Positions 30,798-40,715 of a stretch of 64,000 nucleotides of DNA are shown here, piece by piece. This DNA comes from an uncultured delta proteobacterium (GTDB lineage Bacteria; Desulfobacterota; Desulfobaccia; Desulfobaccales; 0-14-0-80-60-11). The stretch is taken from NCBI GenBank assembly GCA_963812015.1, contig CAWETI010000003.1:448001-512000 (forward strand). The letters are read 5' to 3'. Numbering within the stretch: position 1 is the first letter of the stretch; each line of letters opens with the position of its first letter. A model generated the notes under the pieces. It searched no databases. It had not been told where the DNA came from and was given only the letters and a program-made list of their open reading frames with translations. The position numbers and the translations under genes were made by a program.

Positions 30798-31060
30798 GGC
30801 GAACAGCGAGGTGATCAGACAGAGGCAAGATCGAACCGAGCGGCGGGGAAGCGCGGTCAAAGCCATCAGAAAAAGGGGTGCTGAGGATAGAGATTAAACC
30901 GGGCCGGCCCGGCAAGGCTCGGGGTGATTGCAGATGCGGGGGCAGAACAGGGGCCGCGGCTTTTATTTATTTTTTTTTTAAGAGGAGCAATGAGAGCTGA
31001 AGGACAACTGTTCCAGGCGTGCTGGAGATTAACCGGACTTTGTCGTATATCCAGGCAACC

Positions 31061-31531
31061 ATGACAGCGATCAGAAGCAGACCGAGGCGGGGAAAACGGG
31101 AACTTTATTGGGAGGACGCTCAATCACTTTTTCTGGCGGGCAAGGGACTGGAAGAAATTCGGCAGTTGCTGCCGGTGGCCCTCTCGACCTTAAAGCAGTG
31201 GCACCAAGAAGGACAGTGGGAAGAAAAAAGGCGGCAGGTACCGGTATCCCCCCGTTGGTTGGGTGAGGCTTTAAAGGGGGTCCTGAGGGAAAAGGCCGGC
31301 CGGCTCATCGTTAAAGGCGATCTGAAAACGACGGAGCTGGATGAAATCACCAAGCTGGTGACCCTCCTGGACCGCCTGTGCAGCCAGGGATGGGACATGC
31401 GGGCGGCGGCCTTGGAAGTGATGGACCGGTTCATTGAATTTTTGCGAGGCTGGGTGAAGGATCAGGAGGAATTGAAGCGGATTTCGTTCCGGGTCCAGGA
31501 GTTTTTCCGGCAACTGGAAGAAGAGACCTGA
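31061..31531 (+). CDS. Putative terminase small subunit (Mu gp27/DUF1804-like)
   Basis: N-terminal HTH (AQSLFLAGKGLEEIRQLLPVALSTLKQW...WEEKR), directly before terL. Confidence 0.7.
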   Translation: MTAIRSRPRRGKRELYWEDAQSLFLAGKGLEEIRQLLPVALSTLKQWHQEGQWEEKRRQVPVSPRWLGEALKGVLREKAGRLIVKGDLKTTELDEITKLVTLLDRLCSQGWDMRAAALEVMDRFIEFLRGWVKDQEELKRISFRVQEFFRQLEEET

Positions 31532-31633
31532 TCCGGGGTTCAGCCGAGGGCGGGGCGCAGGGCGCCCCCACAAGGTATCGAATGATTTTGACGGCGGGCA
31601 CGGAGGCCCGCGCCACTGGCACAAGGACGTACC

Positions 31634-33160
31634 ATGACCTTAAACAAGAAGTTGACCAAAAGTGAGTTTCGCCAGCGGGCCGATAAGATCCTGATGCGTC
31701 TGTCTTTGGAAGTAACGCCCTTTTGGGAGGACAGCGAAGACAGGCGCAAGCAGCGATTGGAGCGGGCCGCAGCGGACCCCTTATATTTCTGCCGCACTTA
31801 TCTGCCTCATTATTTTGCCCACGCGCCGGCGCCTTTCCACCATGAATTGGTGCAGATGCTGGAGCAGCGGGACGGCGAAGCGGTGACGCCCACGGCGGTG
31901 GCCGCGCCCCGGGAGTTTGCCAAAACCACGGTCTGCACCTTTGGATACGTTCTCCATCAAATCTGCCACCGAAGACGGCATTTCATTCTGATCGGCAGCG
32001 ATACTGAGGACCTGGCCTCCGATCTCACCGGCTACATCTACCTGGAGCTGCTTTATAACGAAAGACTGCACCAGGATTTCGGGGAGCTGGTCAAAGGCAA
32101 CAAGGCGGTGGATGATTTCGTCACCTTGAACGACATCCGGGTGAAAGCCCGGGGCCGGGGTCAGCGCCTCAGGGGTCTCAAGCACAAACAGTGGCGGCCG
32201 GATCTGGCCATCCTGGATGACCTGGAGAACGACGCCAACGTGCGGAATCCGGAAATCGTCCAGTCCATCCTGGACTGGGTGAAATCCGCGGTCTATTCCT
32301 CCCTGGATGCCCAGGGCAGCCTGATGATCATCGGCACCATTCTGCGGTGGCACAGCGCCCTGCACCAGATGCTGACCAGCCCGGATGAACCCTACTGCCA
32401 TTTTACGCGGCGGATTTACCGGGCATACAAGGAAGACGGGACCTCATTGTGGGAGGCCCGGCACCCGGTGGCGCGGCTCAAGCTGCAAAAGCAGTTGATG
32501 GGCACCGTGGCCTTTAACCGGGAAAAGATGAATGAACCGGCGCCGGATGGCGGCTTTTTCCAGGAGGATTGGATTCATTATTACCATCCGGACAGTTTGA
32601 AGGATCGGGACCTGGTGGTGGTGGGTTTTTTTGACCCTTCCCTGGAGACCGGGGCCACCTCGGACTACAAGGCTTTTGTCAGCGTGGGATGGGACCGCCG
32701 GGAAATGGTGATTTACGTGATGGATGCGGTCATCCAGAAAACCACCCTGGAGCAGGTTATGCGCACCATTTTTAACCGGCACCAGCAATTCAGCTATCAA
32801 CTGGTGGGGGTGGAAGACAATCTGTTTCAGCGGCTGCTGCTCAAGGAGTTCGACCGGATCGGCGTGGAGCGGGGCCAACTGCTTCCCCTGAGAGGGGTGA
32901 CCCACCGCATCGCCAAAGAAACCCGGGTGGCGGGCCTGTCGCCGCTGATGGAGCGGGGCAAGATTCGTTTCATCCGGGGGCATTCGGACCAGGAACTGTT
33001 GGTGGAGCAACTGCTCTTCTTCCCATCTCGGACGCTGCACGATGACGGGCCGGACGCCCTGGAAGGGGCGGTGGGCCTGGTCCGGGACGTGCCGACGGGC
33101 GAGGCGCCGAAATACACCCGGGTGAAGCCGCGGCTCTTCCAGAGCCGGGGGGCGTTTTAG
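31634..33160 (+). CDS. terL: Terminase large subunit
   Basis: APREFAKTT, LAILDDLE, FFDPS...DY, HDDGPDALE; motifs look intact. Confidence 0.92.
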   Translation: MTLNKKLTKSEFRQRADKILMRLSLEVTPFWEDSEDRRKQRLERAAADPLYFCRTYLPHYFAHAPAPFHHELVQMLEQRDGEAVTPTAVAAPREFAKTTVCTFGYVLHQICHRRRHFILIGSDTEDLASDLTGYIYLELLYNERLHQDFGELVKGNKAVDDFVTLNDIRVKARGRGQRLRGLKHKQWRPDLAILDDLENDANVRNPEIVQSILDWVKSAVYSSLDAQGSLMIIGTILRWHSALHQMLTSPDEPYCHFTRRIYRAYKEDGTSLWEARHPVARLKLQKQLMGTVAFNREKMNEPAPDGGFFQEDWIHYYHPDSLKDRDLVVVGFFDPSLETGATSDYKAFVSVGWDRREMVIYVMDAVIQKTTLEQVMRTIFNRHQQFSYQLVGVEDNLFQRLLLKEFDRIGVERGQLLPLRGVTHRIAKETRVAGLSPLMERGKIRFIRGHSDQELLVEQLLFFPSRTLHDDGPDALEGAVGLVRDVPTGEAPKYTRVKPRLFQSRGAF

Positions 33161-33165
33161 CAGGA

Positions 33166-33250
33166 GTGAGCAGTAACCGGTAAGCAGTGAGCAGTAGGGC
33201 GATTTGACCAAGCCTTTCCTCAACTCAGCTCACTGCTCGCAGCTCACTGT
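33166..33250. repeat. Inverted clusters of heptamer repeats (GTGAGCA/TGCTCAC-like)
   Basis: GTGAGCAGTAAC...CAGTGAGCAGT versus CTCACTGCTCGCAGCTCACTG. Confidence 0.55.
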
Positions 33251-33261
33251 TAGGAGAAACC

Positions 33262-34497
33262 ATGGGGCTGAAGGATTTATTCGGAAGGCTGTTTAAAGAG
33301 ACGGTGAAGCCGGAAACCCGGGAGTTGGCGGCGGTCAGCCTGGCAGAACGCTGGAGCAGTTACCCCAGCGCGGGGTTGACCCCGAACCGCCTGGCGGCAA
33401 TCTTCCGGGAGGCCGATCAAGGCAACGCTTATCGCCAGATGGAGCTGTTTGAGGAGATGGAGGAGAAGGACGCCCACCTGACGGCGATTCTCCAGACCCG
33501 GAAAATGGCGGTATTGGGCAAGGATTACGAGGTCATGCCCTATGCCAGGACCCCGGAAGACGAAGGGATTGCCGCGGAGGTGGGGGAGATCGTTTACGGC
33601 ATCCCCAACCTGGAGGAGGCCCTCCTGGACCTCATGGATGCCATCGGCAAAGGGTTTGCCCTGAGCGAAATCATCTGGGAGGTGACGGGCAGCCAGGCCC
33701 GGGTGGCGGAGCTGCGGTGGATTCCCCAGAAAAAGGTGACGTTCGGCGAAGACTGGAAGCCGCGCCTGCTGACGGCGGAAGCCAACTGGCAAGGGGTGGC
33801 GCCCCCGCTCTGGAAGGTCATTTATCACCGCTACAAGGCCAGGAGCGGTTACACCACCCGGTCGGGGGTTTTGCGGGTGGTGGGCTGGATGTACCTGCTC
33901 AAGAATTTTGCCTTGAAGGATTGGGCGGCGTTCAACGAGGTGTTCGGCATGCCGCTCAGACTGGGCAAGTATGATAACACGGCCTCTCCGGCGGACCGGG
34001 ATGCCCTGGTGCAGGCGATCCGGAACCTGGGTTCCGACGCGGCGGGAGTGATCAGCAAGGCCACCGAGATCGAATTTGTGGAAGCTACGTCCCGATCCGG
34101 GGGGGTCAACCCCTACCAGCTCATGGCGGAATTTTGCAACCGGGAAATGTCCAAGGCGGTCCTGGGACAAACCCTGACGACGGATACGACGGGGTCGACG
34201 GGGACGTATGGGGCGGCCAGCGTGCACGCCCAGGTGCGCCGGGACATGGTGGACGCCGACGCCCAGGCCCTTGCAAGCACCTTGAGAGAACAACTGCTGC
34301 GTCCCCTGGTGGGATTCAACTTCGGCTGGGATAAGCCCGTGCCCTGGTTCCGCTTCCGGTTTGAAGAGGAAGAGGACCTCAAGACTTTATCCGAGGTTTA
34401 CCGCAACCTGGCGGGCATGGGCGTGCCCCTGGACATGGAGCACGTGGCGGAGCGGTTCGGTATCCCGTTATCAGGGGCGGCGGGCAAGGGCAGTTAA
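33262..34497 (+). CDS. Mu gp29-like portal protein (DUF935)
   Basis: GLTPxRLAAIFREA, EEKDAHL, FGMPLRLGKY, EMSKAVLGQTLTT. Confidence 0.92.
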   Translation: MGLKDLFGRLFKETVKPETRELAAVSLAERWSSYPSAGLTPNRLAAIFREADQGNAYRQMELFEEMEEKDAHLTAILQTRKMAVLGKDYEVMPYARTPEDEGIAAEVGEIVYGIPNLEEALLDLMDAIGKGFALSEIIWEVTGSQARVAELRWIPQKKVTFGEDWKPRLLTAEANWQGVAPPLWKVIYHRYKARSGYTTRSGVLRVVGWMYLLKNFALKDWAAFNEVFGMPLRLGKYDNTASPADRDALVQAIRNLGSDAAGVISKATEIEFVEATSRSGGVNPYQLMAEFCNREMSKAVLGQTLTTDTTGSTGTYGAASVHAQVRRDMVDADAQALASTLREQLLRPLVGFNFGWDKPVPWFRFRFEEEEDLKTLSEVYRNLAGMGVPLDMEHVAERFGIPLSGAAGKGS

Positions 34498-34750
34498 TCG
34501 TGAGGAGCGGAATGCCTGGAGATTAACCTCACCCCCACCCCAACCCTCCCCCCTCAAGGGGGAGGGGGAAAAGGAAGGAATTCCGTTAGTGACCTGCTTG
34601 ATAGTGTTTGGCTGGTGTTTCGGGAGACGTGGATGGGGAGCGCGGGAAAAACCGGCAGCATAAGGCAACGGCAGGAAATGTCGTAAATGTCGTAAGGGTC
34701 GTCTTTATGCCGATGGCGGGAAAGACCAAGAATCAAATCATCAGGAGGGG

Positions 34751-35098
34751 GTGAAAAGCAGCATGAAAAAACTCATTATCGCCGCAGTCATCATGGGGTT
34801 ACTCACCGGCGCCGGGGCGGGGTGCCAAGCCTTGAAAAGCGCTTGGTGTTCCCCAACCGCGCAGGAGGTGGCGAACGCGGCTGACTACGTGGCCAGCGCT
34901 GACTCCATTCTGGCTTTTTTGAGCAGTCTGGCGCCCAGCGCCGAGGTAATGGCGGCCATGGCGGCTATCAAGATTGCCAAGAGCGTGTTTGACCAGATCA
35001 AGTCCGGCATCTGCGTGACGTCGGAACAGGAGTCGACCGCGCAGACGGCCATCCAGGCCAGTCAAGCGATGGCCATGAAGATGGGGTACAAGCCGTGA
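34751..35098 (+). CDS. Putative lipoprotein
   Basis: Signal peptide with lipobox-like GAGC; AGGAGG RBS. Confidence 0.65.
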   Translation: MKSSMKKLIIAAVIMGLLTGAGAGCQALKSAWCSPTAQEVANAADYVASADSILAFLSSLAPSAEVMAAMAAIKIAKSVFDQIKSGICVTSEQESTAQTAIQASQAMAMKMGYKP

Positions 35099-35892
35099 AA
35101 GGTTTGGGGTGGCGCAAGGAACATGCTGACCCGCGGGATCTGACCCACGGGGATATCCCCGGAGTATCCGACCGGGTTCAGGCAACGGAAGAAACGCCGG
35201 AGGTGAATTTCTTTACCTGGAGTCCTCCGATCAAAGACCAGGGCGATCTTGGTTCTTGCGTCGCCAATAGTATCGCCGGGGCCTATGAATTTGACGGCAT
35301 CAAGAACACCGGCCGGTATACGTCAGTGTCCCGCCTTTACCTTTACAAGGCGGCCCGGAGATTGGGAGGCTTTACCGGGGATTCCGGGGCCTATATTCGG
35401 GACGGGATGCGGGCGCTGGTAAGACTGGGGGCACCTCCGGAAGCCCTGTGGCCCTATAAGGTGGAAACCTTTGATGCCCCGCCTGATTTTGTGGCCACCG
35501 GATATGCCCAAAACTTCGAGGCCTTGCGCTATGTCAAACTGAAAAATCTGACGGAGATCAAGGCTTATATCCGGGCCGGCTTCCCGGTAATCTTCGGGTT
35601 CACGGTGTTCCCCGCCATCGACCAGGTTAAAGAAGATGGCTGGGTACCCATACCGAAATCCGGGGATCGGCCGGTGGGGGGGCATGCAGTATATAGCTGC
35701 GCCTATTCCAACCTCAAGCAGTCCGGCTATTGGCCGGATCCACCCGGCGCCATCGGGTTTATGAACAGCTGGGGTGATTGGGGGGATAAGGGGAAAGGCT
35801 GGCTGCCCTATGAATATTTTAACCAGGGTTTCTGTGATGATTTCTGGGCGCTCATTTCGGCCAAGCACCCGGATGATAACGACTTTAGCTGA
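35095..35892 (+). CDS. Papain-family (C1A) cysteine peptidase
   Basis: DQGDLGSC (Q, C), GGHAV (H), MNSWG (N). Confidence 0.9.
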   Translation: MKGLGWRKEHADPRDLTHGDIPGVSDRVQATEETPEVNFFTWSPPIKDQGDLGSCVANSIAGAYEFDGIKNTGRYTSVSRLYLYKAARRLGGFTGDSGAYIRDGMRALVRLGAPPEALWPYKVETFDAPPDFVATGYAQNFEALRYVKLKNLTEIKAYIRAGFPVIFGFTVFPAIDQVKEDGWVPIPKSGDRPVGGHAVYSCAYSNLKQSGYWPDPPGAIGFMNSWGDWGDKGKGWLPYEYFNQGFCDDFWALISAKHPDDNDFS

Positions 35893-36011
35893 TGAGCGGC
35901 CCGGTGATCTTTGATGCGGACAAGAACTGTCGTTGGGCCAAGTGGATTATGACCAGCCTGTTCGCAGTCCTCCTGGTCTTGATCGGGGTAGTACGATGGT
36001 GCGGGGACTGA
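35892..36011 (+). CDS. 39-aa single-TM protein
   Basis: TGATG coupling to the peptidase; MSGPVIFDADKNCRWAKWIMTSLFAVLLVLIGVVRWCGD. Confidence 0.45.
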   Translation: MSGPVIFDADKNCRWAKWIMTSLFAVLLVLIGVVRWCGD

Positions 36012-36116
36012 TGGGGCTGGAATATGCAGAGCAGCGGGACCTTGAGGCTTTAGGGGAGCCCGACTCAGGCAAAGCGGCTGAACGCCCCTCCTTGAAAAAC
36101 GCGAGGTGAGGAAAAG

Positions 36117-37157
36117 ATGACGATGACAGCAAACGCGGAAAGCCAGGACCAGGTGGTAGTCCTGCCGGAATGGATCAGGGTGCTCCCCCTGGGCCGAGTG
36201 GAATTGGCGGACCACCGGGAGCCGTTCATGGTGGACGAGGCCTCCCTCAAGTCCATGGTAGAGGCGTACCGATCCCGGGGGATAGACCTGGTGATCGATT
36301 ACGAGCATCAATCCCTGCAGGGGGAGCGGGCCCCGGCGGCAGGCTGGATCAAGGACCTGGAGGCCCGGGTCGACGGCCTCTGGGCCCGGGTAGATTGGAC
36401 CCAACAAGCCAGGGACTATCTGGAGAAGAAGGAGTACCGCTACTTCTCCCCCGTACTGCGGCTGGACCCCGAAACCCGCAGGCCTACGGCCCTGATGCAC
36501 GTAGGTCTGACCAACGTGCCGGCCATCAACCATCTGCCACCCCTGGTGGCCCGGTGGGGAGGTGAGGCCGCGGTCCAGGGAGAGCTGGCGCCGGAGGAAC
36601 CGGGACGATGGTCTCCGGCGATGGAGATGGAATCAGGAAAGGAGGAGGCGAAGATGGTGGAGCAGCTCAAACGCCTGATGGGTTTGAAGCCCGAGGAGGA
36701 AGAGCGGGTGGTGTGCGGCAAGGCGCTGGAGACGTTCCGGGACCTGGCCGCGACCTTGAATCTGCCGGGTGAGGTATCCGTGTCCCAACTGAAAGGGGCG
36801 GTGGAAGCCTTGAAGGCCGGGGCGGCGTGTTTGCTAAAGACCGAGGCGGAACTGCAGGCGCTTAAAGCCCGGCTGACGATGGAGACGGCCGACCGGGTGG
36901 TGGAAGAAGCCTTGAAGGCCGGCAAGGTCAGCCCGGCCCAACGGGGCTGGGCGCTGGAATATTGTCGCCGGGATCTGGAAGGCTTCCGGATTTATGTGGA
37001 ACGGGCCCCGAAATTGGTGCCCACCGGCGAGGAACTGCAGCTGCTCAGGGAGGAGCGCCATGACGAACGAGGTTTGCTCCCGGAGGAACTGGCCGTTTGC
37101 CGATCCCTGAACGTTTCTCCGGAAGCCTTTCTGAAGGCCAAGGCCCAAACCGGGTAG
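36117..37157 (+). CDS. Mu gpI-like prohead protease/scaffold
   Basis: LVIDYEHQ, APAAGWI, EYRYFSPV, GLTNVPAI; coiled-coil C-terminus. Confidence 0.93.
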   Translation: MTMTANAESQDQVVVLPEWIRVLPLGRVELADHREPFMVDEASLKSMVEAYRSRGIDLVIDYEHQSLQGERAPAAGWIKDLEARVDGLWARVDWTQQARDYLEKKEYRYFSPVLRLDPETRRPTALMHVGLTNVPAINHLPPLVARWGGEAAVQGELAPEEPGRWSPAMEMESGKEEAKMVEQLKRLMGLKPEEEERVVCGKALETFRDLAATLNLPGEVSVSQLKGAVEALKAGAACLLKTEAELQALKARLTMETADRVVEEALKAGKVSPAQRGWALEYCRRDLEGFRIYVERAPKLVPTGEELQLLREERHDERGLLPEELAVCRSLNVSPEAFLKAKAQTG

Positions 37158-37318
37158 TCGCCGGGGAGAGATTGTCAGGGTGGGGAAAGCCAGGGCAGGC
37201 AGGGAAAACTGACCAGAGCGCCTGCCGCCTCAATCCCTGGCTCAGCCCCAGAAGGCCAGAGCAATAGGAAAATTTGCGGCTGAATGTGATTAACCAATAC
37301 AAGCGGAGGTAGAAGGAT

Positions 37319-37726
37319 ATGTCAGCTTTAACCCGTGACCGGGCAACGCCTTACCGGGAAGGAGTCGAGGTGGAATACCCGGTGGCAGCCAATACGAAAA
37401 TCTATGCCGGTTCCCTGGTATGCGCCAATGCGGCGGGTTACGCAGCGCCGGCGGCGGACACCAGCGGTTATCGGTTCGCCGGGGTGGCGGTGGAACAGGT
37501 GGACAACAGCGGCGGCAGTGACGGTGAAAAGAATGTGAGGTTGCGGCGGGCCGGGGTCTTCGAGTTCGACGCGGTCTCCATCACCCAGGGTATGGTGGGA
37601 GCGGCCATGTATGCCGCCGATGACCATACCTTTGATGATGCCGCCGGCCCCACCAATGACATCAAGGTGGGTCTGCTGGTCAAATACGTCTCGGCCACTA
37701 AAGGCTGGATCGACATCGCCAGGTAA
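37319..37726 (+). CDS. Capsid cement/decoration protein
   Basis: Small beta-rich ORF between protease and major capsid (VAANTKIYAGSLV). Confidence 0.7.
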   Translation: MSALTRDRATPYREGVEVEYPVAANTKIYAGSLVCANAAGYAAPAADTSGYRFAGVAVEQVDNSGGSDGEKNVRLRRAGVFEFDAVSITQGMVGAAMYAADDHTFDDAAGPTNDIKVGLLVKYVSATKGWIDIAR

Positions 37727-37741
37727 ACGGAGGAAGCTCTC

Positions 37742-38638
37742 ATGATTATCAATATGGAAAGTTTAGCACGCCTGTACACGGGATTTACGGCCGTGTTCAA
37801 CGCCGCCTTCCAGGAGACCCTGACCTGGTATGAGCGGGTGGCCATGACGGTGCCGGCCAATACTCGGATTATGGATTACAAGTTCCTCCTGGATTTTCCC
37901 ATGGTCCGGGAGTGGATCGGTGACCGGCAGATCAGCTCCCTGGAGCCCAAGGCCTTCCAGGTGGAAACCAAGGACTGGGAAGCCACCATCGAGGTGGACC
38001 GGAATGATATCGAGGACGATCAGCTGGGATTTTACAATCCCATTGTGGCGGCCTTGGCCCAGGAAGCGCGGAAACATCCGGAAAGATTGATTTCCGACCT
38101 GCTGCTGGGGGGCTTCTCCACGCCGTGCTATGACGGTCAGAACTTTTTTGCCACCACGCATCCGGTGGGCGCCGAGACCGTCTCGAACTTCGGCGGCGGC
38201 GCCGGCACCGGCTGGTATCTCCTGGACACCAGCCGGGCGGTGAAGCCGTTCATCTTTCAGTTGCGGCGGGACGTCCAACTGGTGCGCATGGACCGGCAGG
38301 ATGACGAGCACGCCTTCATGCGGAAGAAACTGCGCTACGGGGTGGATTATCGGGGAGCGGCGGCCTTTGGCCTGTGGCAGCTAGCCTATGCCTGCAAGGA
38401 AACACTGAACTCCACCAACTACGCCGCGGCCCGGGCCGCCATGATGTCGGTGGCCAACGCCGAGGGCCGGCCCCTGGGGATGATGCCCAACCTGCTGTTA
38501 GTGCCTCCGTCCCTGGAGGCGCAGGCCCGGGAGATTTTGCAGGCGCAGTTTATCATCGGCGACCCCGCCATCGGCGGCGCTCGCACCAATGTCTGGCAGG
38601 GCACAGCGGACCTCCTGGTGGTGCCGGAATTGGCCTAA
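37742..38638 (+). CDS. Mu gpT-like major capsid protein
   Basis: REWIGDR, VDRNDIEDD.LG.Y, CYDGQNFFATTHPV, WYLLDTSRAVKP.IFQ.R, FGLWQLA. Confidence 0.95.
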   Translation: MIINMESLARLYTGFTAVFNAAFQETLTWYERVAMTVPANTRIMDYKFLLDFPMVREWIGDRQISSLEPKAFQVETKDWEATIEVDRNDIEDDQLGFYNPIVAALAQEARKHPERLISDLLLGGFSTPCYDGQNFFATTHPVGAETVSNFGGGAGTGWYLLDTSRAVKPFIFQLRRDVQLVRMDRQDDEHAFMRKKLRYGVDYRGAAAFGLWQLAYACKETLNSTNYAAARAAMMSVANAEGRPLGMMPNLLLVPPSLEAQAREILQAQFIIGDPAIGGARTNVWQGTADLLVVPELA

Positions 38639-38653
38639 CGGGAATAATCAACC

Positions 38654-38685
38654 GGGAAGGCGGCGGCACCGCCGCCCTCCCTTTA
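38654..38685 (+). terminator. Hairpin/terminator after the major capsid gene
   Basis: GGGAAGGCGGCGG-CA-CCGCCGCCCTCCC-TTTA. Confidence 0.55.
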
Positions 38686-38707
38686 TGCAGATACGAGGGG
38701 AACGATT

Positions 38708-39046
38708 ATGGCCTGGTTTGGCGGCTTCACTTTAGAAACAGATAATCGGATTCCGGGCGATTACGAAGAAGTTACCGTGGGAGTCAGCACCGTGGGATTT
38801 TCGAGTACGAAAATCATGCCGACCACGGGACCTTATGCGCGCATGGCCGCCCGGGCGGTCCTGGTGTCCTCGGAAACCGGCGACATCCGGTTTCGGATTG
38901 ACGGCGGGCTCCCCAGCACCAGCAGTGGCCACTACTTTACCAACGGTGACACCGTGGTGATCACCGGCACCCAGGCCATCCAGCAATTCCGGGGGATCAG
39001 GAGCGGCGATACGGACGGGGTGTTGAAGGTGACGTATTTTTATTAA
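38708..39046 (+). CDS. Hypothetical virion protein
   Basis: Beta-rich 112 aa after the capsid gene. Confidence 0.6.
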   Translation: MAWFGGFTLETDNRIPGDYEEVTVGVSTVGFSSTKIMPTTGPYARMAARAVLVSSETGDIRFRIDGGLPSTSSGHYFTNGDTVVITGTQAIQQFRGIRSGDTDGVLKVTYFY

Positions 39047-39233
39047 TGGGGCCAGGGTGACTGCCGGAACCTGGTATCTATCCTGAATTATGATGGTTTG
39101 CTCTTCAGGGGGTGAATGCGGCCTTTCCGGAGCGTATGGATTTTTCTGACTCACCATTGGGCGGGTTTGGTGAGGGCTTAACAGATCAAATTAACCTGCT
39201 CAAGTCCACCTTGCAGTGAAGAGGGAGAGATAA

Positions 39234-40715
39234 ATGCCGGGAACATTTTCCTACGCCGCCGCTACGAATACCGTCACCGTTACCGGCGGCGCTTCCGGGT
39301 CGCCAGCGGACTTCGCCTCCTTCGTGGCGGCGGATAGGGCCGGGGCCGGCACTTCACTCCTGGCGGCCTGGTCGCCCAACAGCAATACCAAAGCCCTGAC
39401 CTATCAGGTGCGGCCAGTGGAGAAACTGGCCCTGCTCATCTCGTTTGCCGTGGCCGGAAAAACCGCCGAAACCGACTACATCTTTATCACCGGGACGGAT
39501 TGGTTAGGGGCGGCACAGACCGAATCCATTAACGTGAGCGCCGGGAACGGCAGCTATGTCAGCACGAAATATTGGCGCAGCATCACCAACATCGACTGCT
39601 CCGACAATCCGGCCGGCGGCGGCACAGTCTGGGCCAACGGCACGGTGGCGGTGACTCAGCCTATCTGGGGGGTAATTTGGGATAAGGGCAATAGCCAGTA
39701 CCAACTTGACTGTTTTTTTTATGTGGGCGACGGTTCTACGTCAACGTATTTTGCAGATGTTTCAAAACAAATAGTAATTAGTGAAATCGGGGCCGGGTTC
39801 TGGAACGGGACTATTCAGGTGCGCGGAAACGCTACATTAAGGGTTGGCGCGATTGAAGATGCCGTCAATAAATATTCTTCTTCGGGTTGCAGTGTTAGAT
39901 GGATAGGAGCATCAGCAACCGGGATAGACTGTGGAAATGGCAGTGTTTATATATTAAGCAGTCAATTATCCGGCGCAACAAGAACGTATATTCTGCCAGT
40001 TTCAAGCAACGCATCTAATTATTTGAGGATTTGGAACTCAATCCTTACTTACAATATGGAATTAAATAGCGCCTACTACAGTGATTTGTATAATGTTCGC
40101 ATAGAAATGACTAATAGTGCGGCATTAAATACAGTACCTTACTGTACGATAAACAATGTTTCCTGTATTGGCGGGCCAAACGGTCTGCGCCACAGTCTTG
40201 TGTCGCTGACCGCCAAGAATGTCGAAATAAAGGGTATGAGCGGTGCTGCTATCGTAATGGGTACTGGTTTAGATATAGCAGGCAGAGATTTATATTTAAT
40301 GAACTGCACCCTGGACAATTGGACATTTTCGTGGGATGCAACGTGCATAAATGCTTGTTATAGACAGAACACTATTAATCTCCACGTGACCGACAAGAAT
40401 GGCAACAATATTACCGGAGCTACTGTCACGCTCAAGGATAAGAACGCCAACACCGTATTCAGCGACAGCACCGGGGCTGATGGTAAGATTGCGGAGCAGA
40501 CCGTGAGCCGTGGTTATTACGACCGAGCCCACGGCGACACCTTGCAGGACTACGGCCCCCACACCCTGACCATTACTAAAGCGGGTTATCAGGACTATAC
40601 GGATGTTATTACCATTGACCGGAAAATGGATTTGGAGCTGGCGTTATCTTTCGTGAGAACCTCCCCTACCAACCTTGGGCTGGTGCCTCTGGGAATCAAG
40701 CAGGTGGCGATATGA
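39234..40715 (+). CDS. Putative head spike/fibre with central beta-helix-like and C-terminal Ig/carboxypeptidase-regulatory-like domains
   Basis: N/S/I-rich central block; VTDKNGNNITGATVTL...TLTITKAGY. Confidence 0.6.
   Translation: MPGTFSYAAATNTVTVTGGASGSPADFASFVAADRAGAGTSLLAAWSPNSNTKALTYQVRPVEKLALLISFAVAGKTAETDYIFITGTDWLGAAQTESINVSAGNGSYVSTKYWRSITNIDCSDNPAGGGTVWANGTVAVTQPIWGVIWDKGNSQYQLDCFFYVGDGSTSTYFADVSKQIVISEIGAGFWNGTIQVRGNATLRVGAIEDAVNKYSSSGCSVRWIGASATGIDCGNGSVYILSSQLSGATRTYILPVSSNASNYLRIWNSILTYNMELNSAYYSDLYNVRIEMTNSAALNTVPYCTINNVSCIGGPNGLRHSLVSLTAKNVEIKGMSGAAIVMGTGLDIAGRDLYLMNCTLDNWTFSWDATCINACYRQNTINLHVTDKNGNNITGATVTLKDKNANTVFSDSTGADGKIAEQTVSRGYYDRAHGDTLQDYGPHTLTITKAGYQDYTDVITIDRKMDLELALSFVRTSPTNLGLVPLGIKQVAI

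Noticed and set aside
39046..39220. Possible small gene between head genes
   Set aside because: No convincing ORF with a start and RBS on the + strand; at best a degraded remnant.
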